From: Amphiscolops sp. MND2022
Lineage: Eukaryota
Length of the DNA stretch: 64,000 nt
NCBI GenBank assembly: GCA_964187785.1
Contig: OZ076409.1
Coordinates: forward strand, 49,540,001 to 49,604,000
Direction: 5' to 3'
Shown: positions 1 through 12,487 of the stretch, piece after piece
Layout: every line of letters begins with the position of its first letter
Position numbering within the stretch: the stretch's first letter is position 1
Program-made: the position numbers and the translations under genes
Notes under the pieces: model-generated
What the model saw: only the letters and a program-made list of their open reading frames with translations
The model's database searches: none
Told to the model about the DNA's origin: nothing

Positions 1-732
1 CATATCATGCAGTTTTGCTCTCTGGGCTATACTGGTAACTACCATAATTGAGTGCTATGATGACTAAGAGGCGCAGTCATACACATTACGTTGCTGCTAT
101 AATTGGATCAAACGAACCAAAACAGTTGCTATAACGACTGAAACGACAGGTCGTGCATTATGTTCATATTCGGCATTGATGCTAATTAACACCTGTTAGT
201 GAGGGCAATACGATTGGTTGATACAAAAGGTGTCAAGACGCCGGGACCAGCAAGGCGTCGACACCAGAGAGGTCACAATTACGGAGATATCCATACTGCA
301 TAGTTGACTACTTTGACTTGTTGAATTTTACTTAGAATTACATTAACCTTTTCGTGATTATAAATATTGTTACACAATAAACCTTCAAAATCCCATCATT
401 TTGTTTATATGGTAACTACCAGGTCACAGAGTAGTAGAAATTTCCAAACTGAAAATATAAATATGGATCGAATAAGCGACAATGAAAGCGAAGCGAGTTT
501 TCCGGACGTCTTATCTAGAGAACAAATGACGGTTCGTTAGATAGTGACAATCTCCTAAACGACCGAAATAACGTTGAAAGGAACGTGATCGATCAGAGAT
601 TCTACGAGATGAAGAGACAAATTGGAGAACTGACCGACTTAGTTCTCGCACTGACACAACAGATATCCTCTAATCATAGAGAAGGGAATGGACTTAACAT
701 GGCAAAGCCTAGTGCCAATGGTCATTCCGACA
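1..732 (+). repeat. 5' LTR (partial)
   Basis: Matches 8940-9670 with about 6 differences by eye (5 substitutions, 1 indel); ends ...CCGACA. Confidence 0.95.
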
Positions 733-745
733 TGGTGACAGGAGT
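733..745 (+). other. Primer-binding site (putative)
   Basis: TGGTGACAGGAGT immediately after LTR-terminal CA; primer tRNA not determined. Confidence 0.7.
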
Positions 746-1933
746 CCAGAACCCACAACCGTCAGGCTTACGAACGACCCCACCAAACGCGACCCCCAGA
801 AGCGATGTCAGCGCACCACAATTGACCGACGTGATGACCGAAATTCACCACCTTCGAAATACAATGGGCGACAAGATCACCCAACCGAAAATACAAACAC
901 AAGTACCGCTATTCAAAGGAAACAGGGAGAAGTACAACGAGTTCGAGCATTTGCTACTCAACCATTTACGGCCGCATGCTCACAAACTCACAGAAGAACA
1001 GAAACTCAACTATTTCCAGAGCCTCCTGAGAGACGATGCCATTGAATTCTGGCAAACGTTAAAGATTACAACAGAAACCACTCTACGAGATATACTGGCC
1101 GCCTTCAAGAAAGAGTACGCTAAGGAGGAACTAACCGAAGTCTCAAAATTAAAATTCGATCAGCTCCGATACGATCCAACCACCGAGTCATTCAGCACCT
1201 TCCTCGCAAACTACAAGAAAGTCGCGAAACAAGCCTATGGAGACAAGGCACAGGAAATAGTCCAGACATTCCTATTCGCGAAACTACCCATTCAACTTCA
1301 GAACGAATTAGCAAATGCTGGTAAACATGACGCCAGCATCGAAGAAAAAAAAACGTTTGTCCAGAGGCGATGCCAATATGCCCAATTACTGCCTAACCAA
1401 CAGCTTCTCCAGCCATTCAACCTAGCCGTTCAAACACAAGAAGCCCCAAGCAAACCGGTCATCCAAAAACAAATTGAGGCCGACAGACCTCCTGTCAAGA
1501 AGAAGTTCGACGGAAACTGCCGATACTGTGCAATCTACGGACACAAATGGGCCGAGTGCCGAAAACGACAACGAGACGCGGCAGCCGGACACAATAACTC
1601 CCAGGCTCACAGAACGTCTGAACAGCAAACGAACACCCAAACAGAAACACAACCAAAATTTGACGCCAAATTAGTGTGCCAATTTTGCGGCTACACAGGA
1701 CATTCCGCAAAAGATTGTCGGTTCCGAATACCGAATACTTCAGCATACGGGAGTGTGCCATACAACCGACAATCCACAACGGAAAACATGGACTTTCGAC
1801 GTGACTTCAGACGAGCTCAAATTGAACACTACCCAGCCAACGAAATGACAGATCACACACCAACGGAATAAGGAGCAGAGACAAGTGATACCTACTACCA
1901 ACAGGAATATGTCGACAACTCTACCAATCAGCC

Positions 1934-1940
1934 AAAAAAC
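1934..1940 (+). promoter_or_regulatory. -1 ribosomal frameshift slippery site A AAA AAC
   Basis: X XXY YYZ heptamer in the gag frame two codons before the gag stop; pol fragments all lie in the -1 frame. Confidence 0.75.
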
Positions 1941-4900
1941 TTCTGAAGCCACGTCATCCGAACGACTACTACAACTACAATGTGCGCAACAAAAACACTC
2001 ATTACTACACCAAAAACTACAAAACACAGGCAACTGATCATCGGCAGGACCAGGAACCTGTTACTACGACTACTGACAAAACGACAACTGACGGGGAGTA
2101 TCCTTCTGACCCTCTCCCACAATCGGCAAATACTTCACTCCAAACGACGGAAGACAAACAACGTCCAAATAAAACTTTCACTGCGAACCACAAGACAAGG
2201 GCCCCAACACGGAAAAAAGACGTGGCAATCCAGCTGCTAACTGCAACACTCCAATTGAACAAATAGGACAGAATGTTATACGTCCCCCTCCAATTTCGCC
2301 AATATGAGAACCATGGTCTCCTTGACACAGGAGCAATCCAGAGCGCCATGTCAGAAGACGAACTAAGACGAATCACGGCAGCTCACCCAGCAGCTCTTAT
2401 AGAAGAGTACCCAGCACCGGATTTCAAAGTCCAGATTGCAAACGGGAGCATCGTTCCAGTCCGGAAACAGGTACTCCTTCTCTTCTTCATCGGGGGCAAG
2501 ATTTTCGAGGAGACCTTCATGATCCTCCCCACCATGGGTAACATCTTGATTGGCATGTCTTTCTTCAAGAAGTACTCAGTCACGCTTGACCTTGCCGACA
2601 ATGTAGTCAAATTCCCAGATATTACCCTGCAACTCAAGCCAGAACGCGGACGATACAAAATCCAAATGATAGAACTGCGCACAACAGAGAAGACAGTGAT
2701 ACAACCTGACCACCAACTCATTGTTCCTGTCCTAGCGGAAAGGGACCTAGGCACAATCCAGGGCACAGTAGAAGCCTTTCCCTCATTTGAAAGGAAGACA
2801 CAACTACTGGTGTCCCCAGCCCTAGCGCAAATTACAGAAATGAAAAGTCATGTCCAAATCACCAACTTAACGAGCCACACGATTACAGTCAGCCCGAATA
2901 CGACAGTGGCCACCTTCAGGATAGTGACCCCGAACCAAGCAAAAAACCTTCAACCGATGTCAAATGAACAGTTAACATTGATAACCAAATACCCAGACGA
3001 AGCCAACCACGTGCTGAACCAACTATTCCAGGAACCGGGCACAAACACCGACCGACGGTGGTACCCAACTCCGGAAACCTGTGATGATCCGTCAAAACTG
3101 AATCATATTGAAAAGCGAATATACGACGAGATCACCAAACTCCGCGAGGAAGCAAAATTAGACCCGACAGCAGATGACGAACAACGCTAGGCCTTCCTTG
3201 CCAACTTCCAATGGGAAATCTCAATCCTGACGGAACACGAACAACAACGAATTGAGAACCTCCTAGTAAAGTACAACAATGTGTTCGCCAGACACCGCCT
3301 TGATATAGGCATCAATACTGACTTCAAGATCAAACTCACGCCGAAGCACGATGAGCCAATCTACGCGCAGAGCCTCCCAACACCCACTAACCTCAAAGAC
3401 GACTTACTCGTCGAACTGGCCCTGATGCAAGAGTACGGCATCATCACGACGTTGCCGTACAGTAAGTACTCTTCGCCCATATTTGACCAATGCAAACCGA
3501 ATGGTAAACTCCGCATCTTGGTCGATCTGCGCAGAATCAACCACCTTCTGAAGAACGATTACAACCAGCATAACCAACCAGTCACTACTATTGCCGACGC
3601 CGCCCAGCATATGGCTGGGAAGAAGTATTTCTGCAAGTTGGACTGCTCACAGGCGTACCATTGCCTTCAGATGGCCGACGAACAATCAGTACAACTGCTA
3701 GCGTTCAACTTCGGGAGCCGTACCTTCGCCTACCTGCGGCTGGCACAGGGACTCAACCGATCCCTCTCGGCATTCAACAGCACAGTCCGAGAATACGTAG
3801 ATGCACTGGTGAAAGCTGACAAATGCGCGCAATACGTAGATGACATTGGAATTGCCGCGCATAACGTCGAAGAGCTACTGTCAAACATTGAAGCCGTCTT
3901 TCAGCAAATCCAGAAGGCAGGCTTAAAACTGTCAATGTCCAAGTGTGCATTCGGACACCCTCAAATCGATTTCCTCGGGAGAAGTATTACTTCCAAAGGG
4001 GTAGCACCACTTGAAGACAAGATTGACAAGTTCCTGAAGACAATAAAGCTGCCGACATCAGTCAAGTCATTACAGCGGTACATCGGATTAGTTCAGTTCT
4101 ACAGGCAGTACATCCCACGCCTGGCAGAAAAACTCACACCGTTATACAAGCTGCTACAAAAAGACGTCAAGTTCCAACTGACCCAACAACACAAGGACTT
4201 GATCTTCGAAATCAACGAAAACCTCGCAAAAGCTGCAAAACTCTCACTACGACTGCCACTACCTGATAAACAACTCGTTATAATGTGTGACGCCAGTTAA
4301 CATGCAGCGGGCTACGTTCTTTTGATCGAAGACTACACCGAAACGAACGATGGCCCAATGAAGTCATACGCCCCAGTATCATTCGGGTCCCCACGATTTA
4401 CAGAAGGCCAAATGTCCTTGACAATGTACGCAAACGAGTTCCTGGCAATGCATTTTGCATTCGACGAATTTGCACACACACTCTGAAGTGTCAAGAAACC
4501 AACCATAGTGATGACTGACAACAAAGCACTTGCCAGGTTTTTTCAATCCAAACGGATTCCCCCGAAGCTGTGGAATTACTGTGATCAGACTCTTCAATTC
4601 GAATTCGTTCTTGCCCATGTTCCTGGAACTGAAAATCCTGCTGCAGATTACTTGTCACGTCTCGACATCCGACCAGAAGAACGGATCCATCTCAAACTTC
4701 ACGACGAGATACCAGTTTTCCACGTCGAGATCGACCTGGCGTCTAAAACACCCAAACAAGACGAAGAAGAAGAAGACTACATACCTGATGACGACACCAC
4801 CACCACCCAACAAAATGATGCCATCAATGCCATACTGGACCAGGTCCCCAAGTGCAATGACGAATCGAGTGAACAGTTTCTCCAGAGGATAGAAACCATC

Positions 4901-5645
4901 CGTCATCAGATCACACCCATCATCACCGGGCAGCATGACGAGATGACGTTCACCAGATTCAGACAACGGCATCATGACAACGTGGTAAACCAGTTATGCC
5001 CCAATGGTGCTTTTCAAACAGTCCAGGACCAACTCCAAAACTCAGACATCCGACGCATGGTTAGAATTTTGAGCCAAAATGAAACGCCACCTAATCTTGC
5101 TAACTTTGAAAGCCAGTTTTTTCAAAAACTAGTCAAAAACAAAAAACGACTTGAAGTAGTAAACAACGTTTCGTACAGGAACTTTTTTGACGGTACAGGT
5201 AAAATTAAGTGCAAACAAATTGTTGTCCCCCCTGACACTATCCACCAAATCGTCCAGTCACTACACAACGACCCTCTGCAAGGCCATCCAGGCAGTAGCA
5301 AAATGTTACATCAACTCCGCAAAAAGTATTACTCACCTAACTTGTCTGAAATAGTTCTGCAATACGTTTCAAACTGCCAAGACTGCATCCGTTCGAAACC
5401 AGTCCGAAAAGCAGAAATCACACCCCCATTACAACATATATACGACCCTTGTAACGGGCCAGAAGACGTACTAGAAATTGACCTAGTGGGCGAACTCCCA
5501 CCCTCCAACGGATTCACACACGTATTGACAGCCTGTGACTATTTTTCTAGATACCTCTTCGCAGTACCTATTCGCAAACCAGACACCAAATCAGTTGTAG
5601 AAGCACTCATGCAAATTTTCACACAACACTCAAACATACCAAAAC
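1934..5645 (+). pseudogene. pol: Pol polyprotein (protease, RT, RNase H, truncated integrase) with 4 in-frame stops
   Basis: LLDTGA protease; YVDD RT; CDAS/TDNKAL/N..ADYLSR RNase H; H-H-C-C and EIDL integrase motifs; ORFs at 1982, 2273, 3281, 4508 share one frame; stops at 2264, 3188, 4298, 4484. Confidence 0.93.
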
Positions 5646-5680
5646 GAAGTATACATAGTTTTCACAAAACCACAGACGCT

Positions 5681-6277
5681 TCACCTAGAAAAACAACGAA
5701 CGACGACAACTACCTGACATCCACTGTGAGTCAGCGAATGCACAGCAAGTCGAACTTCACCACGAAGATTGTCTGCCCATCTCTCCATGAAATTCACTAC
5801 GGGTCCAAATCCAGTCATTGACACGAAACAGTTTATGAAGTTACACAACCACAGATAGGCAGCACTCTCATCAGACAACTTCCGTCTTTCCGCTGACTCT
5901 GCCTCTGTAACTTCAATGGCGATGCGCTCTTCAACAGTCAACCCCAATTCAGACTCCAGATACACAGGGGGTTCGAACATTCGTTCCATCCGAATTCTCT
6001 GATCTTCCTCCTTTGAAACGGGACGACATGACCGGTCCAGCAGAAGCCTATTCATCATAATCCGGTACTTCTGTTCTAAGCGAGTGTGTTCCCGCCCTCT
6101 CCAGTGGTCCCATATGTTATGCAAACCTCGTCCAGCTATGCTCAGGTCTACTTTGCACAACAAACAGCGAGCGAAGCTATCGATGACCCTCTTGTTTCTA
6201 GGGAACCCAACAAAATCCCCGACAACACCAGACACAAAAAAGGATGGCTTCAACGTCTTGATAGGTCTTTTGCGCAC
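5681..6277 (-). CDS. Antisense accessory ORF of the retrotransposon with BED-like zinc finger
   Basis: ARCLLCKVDLSIAGRGLHNIWDHWRGREH; acceptor-like TTTAG at its start; lies between integrase remnant and PPT. Confidence 0.55.
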   Translation of the reverse strand: MRKRPIKTLKPSFFVSGVVGDFVGFPRNKRVIDSFARCLLCKVDLSIAGRGLHNIWDHWRGREHTRLEQKYRIMMNRLLLDRSCRPVSKEEDQRIRMERMFEPPVYLESELGLTVEERIAIEVTEAESAERRKLSDESAAYLWLCNFINCFVSMTGFGPVVNFMERWADNLRGEVRLAVHSLTHSGCQVVVVVRCFSR

Positions 6278-6380
6278 TAAACCAAAACAAGACTACTCTA
6301 AAAAAACCAATTTTATCTACGCCAGTTTACTTTAAGCTACGCCTTTAAGCTTAACTGATCACTTGATCACACCATTATAA

Positions 6381-6836
6381 CTAAAACCCCTCACGTGATC
6401 TTTGGAGATTCTTACCAGGTTTTGACGATGACGGCGAAATGCGGACACCAGATACTGAAGGGTCTCCACCACCATGCCCAAACTCAGACGGCACCACTGA
6501 TGACTCCGAGGGACTTCTTACTGACGTCCCAGCAAGACTCCCAGCCACACACCTCGAACGGGATACACTGGGCATGGACGGCAACCCTGCATTGGACTCA
6601 ACCAGCGGACGTCCTGCCTCCTGCAATGCTGTTTTCAACTTGGTCCAGAAATCTTCTGCTGCCAAAGCACCCACAGTCCCGAGGTGCCCCAACGTTGACT
6701 CAACAGCAGCCTTTACCCACTGATTTAGCTCGCGCTCTATCCGATTGAACAACTCCGATAATGGCCCAACGGCGACTTCAGCACGCACTCCAGCATCTGC
6801 AAATAACAACAAACACCAAAAGCTATAATTCCCCAT
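6381..6836 (-). CDS. Antisense accessory ORF/exon, unknown function
   Basis: 151-aa ORF, helical N-half and Ser/Pro-rich tail; TTTGCAG acceptor near 6797. Confidence 0.35.
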   Translation of the reverse strand: MGNYSFWCLLLFADAGVRAEVAVGPLSELFNRIERELNQWVKAAVESTLGHLGTVGALAAEDFWTKLKTALQEAGRPLVESNAGLPSMPSVSRSRCVAGSLAGTSVRSPSESSVVPSEFGHGGGDPSVSGVRISPSSSKPGKNLQRSREGF

Positions 6837-6936
6837 TGGAACCCGTTACTAGATGGACGTACGCAAAATAAACCCCCAGACCGAGAGCATCCAGCCCAGG
6901 TGACTGTTATTTAACAATGACACAACACACGATTCG

Positions 6937-7497
6937 CTAACCGAGAAGCGACGCCAGAAAGGCATCCAATCTGCGGAAAAGCTCTACAGTCCCGACTTCT
7001 CCACTATCACCGCTTCCAGACTCAACGCACCGACGGAACTGTCGCATGTAACTGATGAGCTCAGGCATGGTAACATCAGCTGAAGCAACGCCAAAGTATT
7101 TCCAAAAACCCTTTCTTACGAATGTTAACTTCCCAGTAGGCACACGGGACAAACGTACCCTTAATCGACACCGCAGACATACTGACACAAGCAAAATGAC
7201 TGCTACGGACAGACCCTACAAGGAACGGGAAAATTGCCACATAAATCAAAAGCACTCACCGAATTCTTGAGATAGTACGAGATCCAACAACTCGCCCAAC
7301 CCAGCGACATTAGATGCAGTAACACGCGTGGATAACTGACAACATGGACTGGCCTCCAACATTAAATCAGGCAGGTTTAACCCAACGCCACTCTCCTCGA
7401 AAGTAGGGGCATCCAGCCCTGCCATTTGGTTCGCCACTTCTGACACTAAATCAGACAACGAGGCACCAAACGCTAGGGCATCTTCGTTCTCAGACAT
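6937..7497 (-). CDS. Antisense accessory ORFs/exons (7246-7497, 6937-7194)
   Basis: ATG-started 83-aa ORF containing a GTGAGT donor at 7259, next to an 85-aa ORF; splice phase not cleanly resolved. Confidence 0.3.
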
Positions 7498-8352
7498 AAG
7501 GAGGACAGATCAACAATAAACGAATAACCACTGAATATCACGATCGATGACGACTACAGTAGCTCATTTTTCCATCACAAGTTGAGATAAGCTGATCAAT
7601 TATTTCACATTTGTTATGATGGGACCCACACCCTACCCAAACAGGCCTACACAAATTGACTGGACATCCAACAGCGGTTTTTATACTAATTATAACCCAA
7701 ACGTTAAAGGCATCTGTACATGCCGATCAAAATGTAGCCGAGCTTCAGATCACGATATCAATTAAAACAAAAAAAAGAGTGCAATCCCCCAACGAAGAAA
7801 TATGATGTTCACAATTCAACACCCCCACTACCTTAGCACCCACCGGCAAAAAACATCAGCTGAATGAAACCAAAAAAGTCGTCGGTAGAGAAATGAGCAG
7901 CGCAGTTACTTTGCAAAGGAAGTAAGAATGAACAACTATAATGTAAAGACAATAAACGGGAACAATTTATAGCAACTGATTACAACTCGACCGATTTTCC
8001 AACTCTAGCATTCTCCAATCATTTAACTGCCGACGAATGATACGAATCTGCATGAGTAAGCAAATACCACAAGACGCACAACAGGACGACGTGACTACAC
8101 AAATGCTTAAACAAACAACCTACTATTCTTTACTCTTGTTTCCCGCCATTGCCATTAATGAAAGTTGTTCACGCTTCCGAGAACACACTCGCTTGCAAAA
8201 ATCTACATGGATGATTCTCAAATTCCATCACGACTACCATTTGCCAAATGACTCATATTGGATGGCTACTCTCCTCCGCCCCAACCTGGAACTTAACACC
8301 ACAACATTTCCAGTACGTTTCTGTCCTCTATCCCCGCACTCTGCTCTCTCTC

Positions 8353-8366
8353 AAGAAAGGGGGGGA
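8353..8366 (+). other. Polypurine tract
   Basis: Pure-purine run (AAGAAA, G-run, A) abutting the 3' LTR TG. Confidence 0.9.
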
Positions 8367-9670
8367 TGTCATGCCCGAACAGCAAGAAGGAAGGAGTGGG
8401 AACTCGAAAAACTGTTTCATTTAAATAAATACCTTGAATTCCAAGTTGTCATGTACCGTTAAAAGCCATAATTCATTTGCTAAGCAGTGCTGTTAAACAA
8501 ACGACGACTGGCTTAACCAGTCGTCAAATTCATATTTACTGGCGCAACGACCACCACTTTAGTTAATTACATGCAAACATGACTGAAATATTCAGTCGTC
8601 AAAGTTACTCACCACTATCATGATGTTCCTAGTGACGGTGCACTTATATATTGATATAATAACGACTGGGATTGTCAGTTGTTAATGAGTATCTGTACCG
8701 TCATCAATGTCTATTATCCCGATTTGTCTAAATATACATGTAACCATGACTGAAGTTATCAGTCGTCAACAACATATTTCACCAGTTCAATACATTAAAT
8801 CTCATATTTGACCAAGTATCCACACATGTAGGACTGAAATACTCAGTCATCATACCCGTTATTTTAAACATGATTATGTACTTTATTAGATTTCAACATG
8901 TACACATTCGTTTCACTAGTATAAAATAACCATGACAACCATATCATGCAGTTTTGCTCTCTGGGCTATACTGGTAACTACCATAATTGAGTGCTATGAT
9001 GACTAAGAGGCGCAGTCATACACATTACGTTGCTGCTATAATTGGATCAAACGAACCAAAACGGTTGCTATAACGACTGAAACGACAGGTCGTACATTAT
9101 GTTCATATTCGGCATTGATGCTAATTAACACCTGCTAGTGAGGGCAATACGATTGGTTGATACAAAAGGTGTCAAGACGCCGGGACCAGCAAGGCGTCGA
9201 CACCAGAGAGGTCACAATTACGGAGATATCCATACTGCATAGTTGACTACTTTGACTTGTTGAATTTTACTTAGAATTACATTAACCTTTTCGTGATTAT
9301 AAATTTTGTTACACAATAAACCTTCAAAATCCCATCATTTTGTTTATATGGTAACTACCAGGTCACAGAGTAGTAGAAATTTCCAAACTGAAAATATAAA
9401 TATGGATCGAATAAGCGACAATGAAAGCGAAGCGAGTTTTCCGGACGTCTTATCTAGAGAACAAATGACGGTTCGTTAGATAGTGACAATCTCCTAAACG
9501 ACCGAAATAACGTTGAAAGGAACGTGTCGATCAGAGATTCTACGAGATGAATAGACAAATTGGAGAACTGACCGACTTAGTTCTCGCACTGACACAACAG
9601 ATATCCTCTAATCATAGAGAAGGGAATGGACTTAACATGGCAAAGCCTAGTGCCAATGGTCATTCCGACA
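8367..9670 (+). repeat. 3' LTR (~1304 bp, TGTC...GACA termini)
   Basis: Starts TGTCATG directly after the PPT and ends CGACA, where identity to the 5' copy stops. Confidence 0.93.
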
Positions 9671-10953
9671 GTAAATTCAGTTGTTCAGTTCGATGTTAGT
9701 TTTAGTCTATCTAGGCGACTGTTTTTAGAAAAACGATTTCGATCGAAAATATTTTTGTTACAGCCTTAAATTTTTTAACAAACGAATTTAGATCATCAGA
9801 ATCTAACACTTACATCAATGCAAGATCCATGAAATATTCAATATGATTTGAGACATCGACTGTTTCTCTCGAAATTACTGTTTCTCTAATGTCAAGGCAT
9901 TTGGAGTTTGCTTTAGAACATTTTTGCTTCAAGCAAAGTCAGGGCCTCGTTTTCTCACCTGCATTCATCAATTATGTATTTTAAAGTGAGCACGCCTTTA
10001 AATAGATTATATTATGTATAAAATTGATCTATACATTTAATATTGATTTCCAAGAGAGTCAAACTGATGGAACAAATCACGCTGAGCTATTTTCAACTCT
10101 ATGCCGCACAAAACTTGGAAATTTAATCCGCAGGTGTTTTGACATGTGAATCAAAATATACCTTCATAATTTGCACGGGAAAACAAAATGCCACGGTACA
10201 ATCCCTATTAAAACCATGGCTGGTTTATTATGATAATGGGACAGATAGAAAAGAGTGTTCAAAGGTTCTTGCGGCGGATTTTTACGTTTCAAATTCATTT
10301 TTATGCTTTTTAACTAGCTTCAATTTTATCACTTTATTTATCGTCTGACGCGTGTATTGTTTTACGCAACTTCTACTTTATCTCTTGATTTGTTAAACCT
10401 GATTATAATATAGCTTTTGGTCCATTTTAACTATGAACCGAGTCGCGATTATATTCTTTTGATGGCACTGTTCATCATTCGAGTGAGCGCGCTCTAAATT
10501 TACCAAACTGTACTTGAAATTTGTTTATTTGCTGTGACTTTGAATATCTTATGGCATTTAGCAAGCAACCCTATCTCCGAATATTTTTTCTTCCTTATCA
10601 ATATGAGTTGTAATCTACCAACAAATCATGATTGCCAACGAGTAAGTCGTGAAACCATGGATACGATGATTACGGGATAATTAATTGATTAATTAATTAC
10701 ACCAATTAATCACAAGGTTTTACACGGTAATGTATTTTAAATTTCCGGTACTCCTGACTAAGTGTGGTCCCTAAAAAATTTATGCAGCCGGCCTGAGAAC
10801 TCCTGACTAAGTGTGGTCCCTCGCAAATTTAGAACAACGTAAAGCAAACATAACATGTAGTTCGAAACAGCAGAATTCAATTTACTACTTTTAGTGCGGT
10901 TACAGCCAATATGTATGGTACTTGATTTGAAGACGTTAGCATATTTGTTGTAT

Positions 10954-11908
10954 GGTGACTATTCATAGCTCCGAATTTGAAATCCAGTGCCATAGCTCCG
11001 AAATTAAAATCTAGTGCCACAGCTCCGAAATTAAAACTGAATTTACTTCATTTATTTGAATTCAATTACATTGATTTACAAACAAATGAAACAGCTTTCC
11101 AATAATCCATTACAGACCGGTTACCTGCAGTCAAGGAAAACTTCAAGACATCAACGCACTAATATTTTTGGGGGGTTGGAGGCGCGGAGCCTCGTACAGT
11201 GCTAATTGCCTAAAGACAACCCTCTCCGTGACTTTTTCTGAGTTGTGTTTAGCCAATGTTGTTTTTAAGTTTTAAGGGATAGTGCATAATAACTTTATCA
11301 GCCGGTGCAACCATTCAGAGCAAACATTAAGCAAACATTGTTATTAGAGCAAGTGTTATTAACAATTAGCACTGTATTATGAAAAAATTGCAGAAAATCT
11401 TCTAATTCAATGTATTTTGGATTTTCTGAAGCATTTCAGTATTTGCAAAATGCGGGGCGGACCGGAACGAGAGCACCAGTTGAATTTTCATTCTTAGCTT
11501 GATTCGCTTATTTTATCAACTAAAATTATTTTTCGGAGTTATGGCGCTCGATTTTGTGGTACTCCTGACTAAGTGTGGTCCCTACAAAATTTATGCAGCC
11601 GGCCTGAAAACTCCTGACTAAGTGTGGTCTCTAGAAAAGGTTAGCATATTTGTTGTATGGCTCAGTCGCTTCGCTCCCTTCGCCAAGTAGCCACATTGAG
11701 GCATGGCCACATGGCACGTCGCTCCGCTTCGCTTCGTTCCTGCATTTAGGGCACTAGGGGTATGTGAACATAGCTGAAACTATGCAGGGACCACACTTAT
11801 AAAATAGGGACCACACTTAGTAAGGAGAAATCGATTGGGACCACACTTAGTCAGGAGTACCGATTTTGTTTTCGGAGCTATGGATATTCGGAGCTATGGG
11901 AAGTCACC
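10954..11908. mobile_element. Second TIR element nested in the first (9-bp TSD)
   Basis: GGTGACTATTCATAGCTCCGAA / TTCGGAGCTATGGGAAGTCACC; TSD TTGTTGTAT; subterminal CATAGCTCCGAA repeats. Confidence 0.8.
11558..11861. mobile_element. 304-bp MITE of the same family as the outer element (innermost)
   Basis: Perfect 25-bp TIRs; TSD GATTTTGT. Confidence 0.88.
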
Positions 11909-12487
11909 TTGTTGTATGGCTCGGTCGCTTCGCTCCCTTCGCCAAGTAGCCACATTGAGGCATGGCCACATGGCACGTCGCTCCGCTTCGCTTCGCTCCT
12001 GCATTTAGGGCACTAGGGGTATGTGAACATAGCTGACGACGTAATATAAAATTTCCGACAAAATATGCAGGGACCACACTTACATTATAGGGACCACACT
12101 TAGTAAGGAGAAATCGCTTGGGACCACACTTTGTCAGGAGTACCAAATTTCCTATTCTATTGCTCATCTTATGGAGACATTTCCTAATGACATTTCAATG
12201 AAGCATGTTTTGACGCACAGAGTTATATGATCAAAATCTAATTAAAGTTGGCAGATACAATTTTACGTGCTTCTTAGACTTACAAATATATTCATGTCTC
12301 AGAAAGAATGCCAGCTTTGTCAGTGGAAAATACCAATCATTACAAAGCACGTTTACTCGTTTTTCAATCACTTTCCTGCGCCAATTTTGACCGGCCCTTG
12401 TTTTGAGGTCATCAGCGAATGTAAATATGTTTTCAAATTTGAAAATTTACCTGTGATTGATTCCAATTATCTATCTCCAAAAACAAG

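Larger units (their letters stand above)
585..1946 (+). pseudogene. gag: Gag with two CCHC zinc knuckles; premature TAA at 1869-1871, frame resumes to TGA 1944-1946
   Basis: CRYCAIYGHKWAEC and CQFCGYTGHSAKDC knuckles; capsid-like helical region. Confidence 0.88.
1..9670 (+). mobile_element. Ty3/Gypsy LTR retrotransposon, defective copy (5' LTR cut by window start)
   Basis: Direct repeats 1-732 and 8940-9670; PBS-like TGGTGAC after the 5' LTR; polypurine tract before the 3' LTR; domain order gag-PR-RT-RNaseH-IN. Confidence 0.96.
10747..12144. mobile_element. Non-autonomous TIR element (Merlin-like: GG termini, 8-bp TSD), outer element of a nest
   Basis: TIR GGTACTCCTGACTAAGTGTGGTCCC / GGGACCACACTTTGTCAGGAGTACC; TSD AAATTTCC on both sides. 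Confidence 0.85.

Noticed and set aside
8037..8462. 141-aa ORF as env
   Set aside because: No signal or transmembrane features; runs across the PPT/LTR junction; likely incidental.
9671..9675. Target-site duplication of the Gypsy element
   Set aside because: The 5' flank is outside the window, so it cannot be tested.
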